DNA of 43,927 bases from a virus. Below the pieces are notes generated by a model. That model was not told where the DNA came from. It saw only the letters and a program-made list of their open reading frames with translations, and searched no databases. Of the stretch, positions 43,897 to 43,927 are shown in pieces (position 1 is the first letter of the stretch; every line of letters starts with the position of its first letter). Location: the UHGV virus genome UHGV-1456322. One strand, written 5' to 3'. The translations under genes were made by a program, and so were the position numbers.

Positions 43897-43927
43897 TCCT
43901 AGTATGCCTCACTTGCTTAGAAGAAAA

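Noticed and set aside
1-43927. Integrated prophage or mobile element
   Set aside because: No integrase, recombinase, att-like flanking repeats or host genes; gene content is that of an obligately lytic T7-like phage.

Overview
The window reads as an essentially complete genome of a lytic T7-supergroup podovirus (Autographiviridae-like), with every credible gene on the minus strand. The single-subunit RNA polymerase sits immediately upstream of the structural module and there is a terminal lysis cassette followed by a separately encoded tailspike, an organisation I recall for phiKMV/KP34-like phages (established knowledge plus inference; no database search was possible). In phage orientation (descending window coordinates) the order is: sigma70 early promoters (~25300-25453), small early genes, an early/middle region with a metallopeptidase-like protein and a large Cys-rich acidic protein, primase, helicase, DNA polymerase, exonuclease, endonuclease VII, RNAP, portal, scaffold, capsid, then tail tubular A/B, internal virion proteins, tail fiber adaptor, terminase, u-spanin/pinholin/SAR-endolysin and tailspike. 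Because capsid lies at the window start and the tail module at the window end, the sequence appears circularly permuted, with the likely genome-end region in a repeat-rich non-coding stretch at ~26.1-26.9 kb. There is no integrase, tRNA or CRISPR array. The most notable unexplained signals are an exact 16-mer present three times (plus one degenerate copy) that is a candidate phage RNAP promoter, a conserved 32-bp hairpin element repeated upstream of two early genes, a large uncharacterised early protein, and six HNH/Endo VII-type nuclease genes. All protein calls rest on motifs read by eye and on synteny, and gene starts were chosen by RBS inspection; the ORF track includes TTG/GTG starts.
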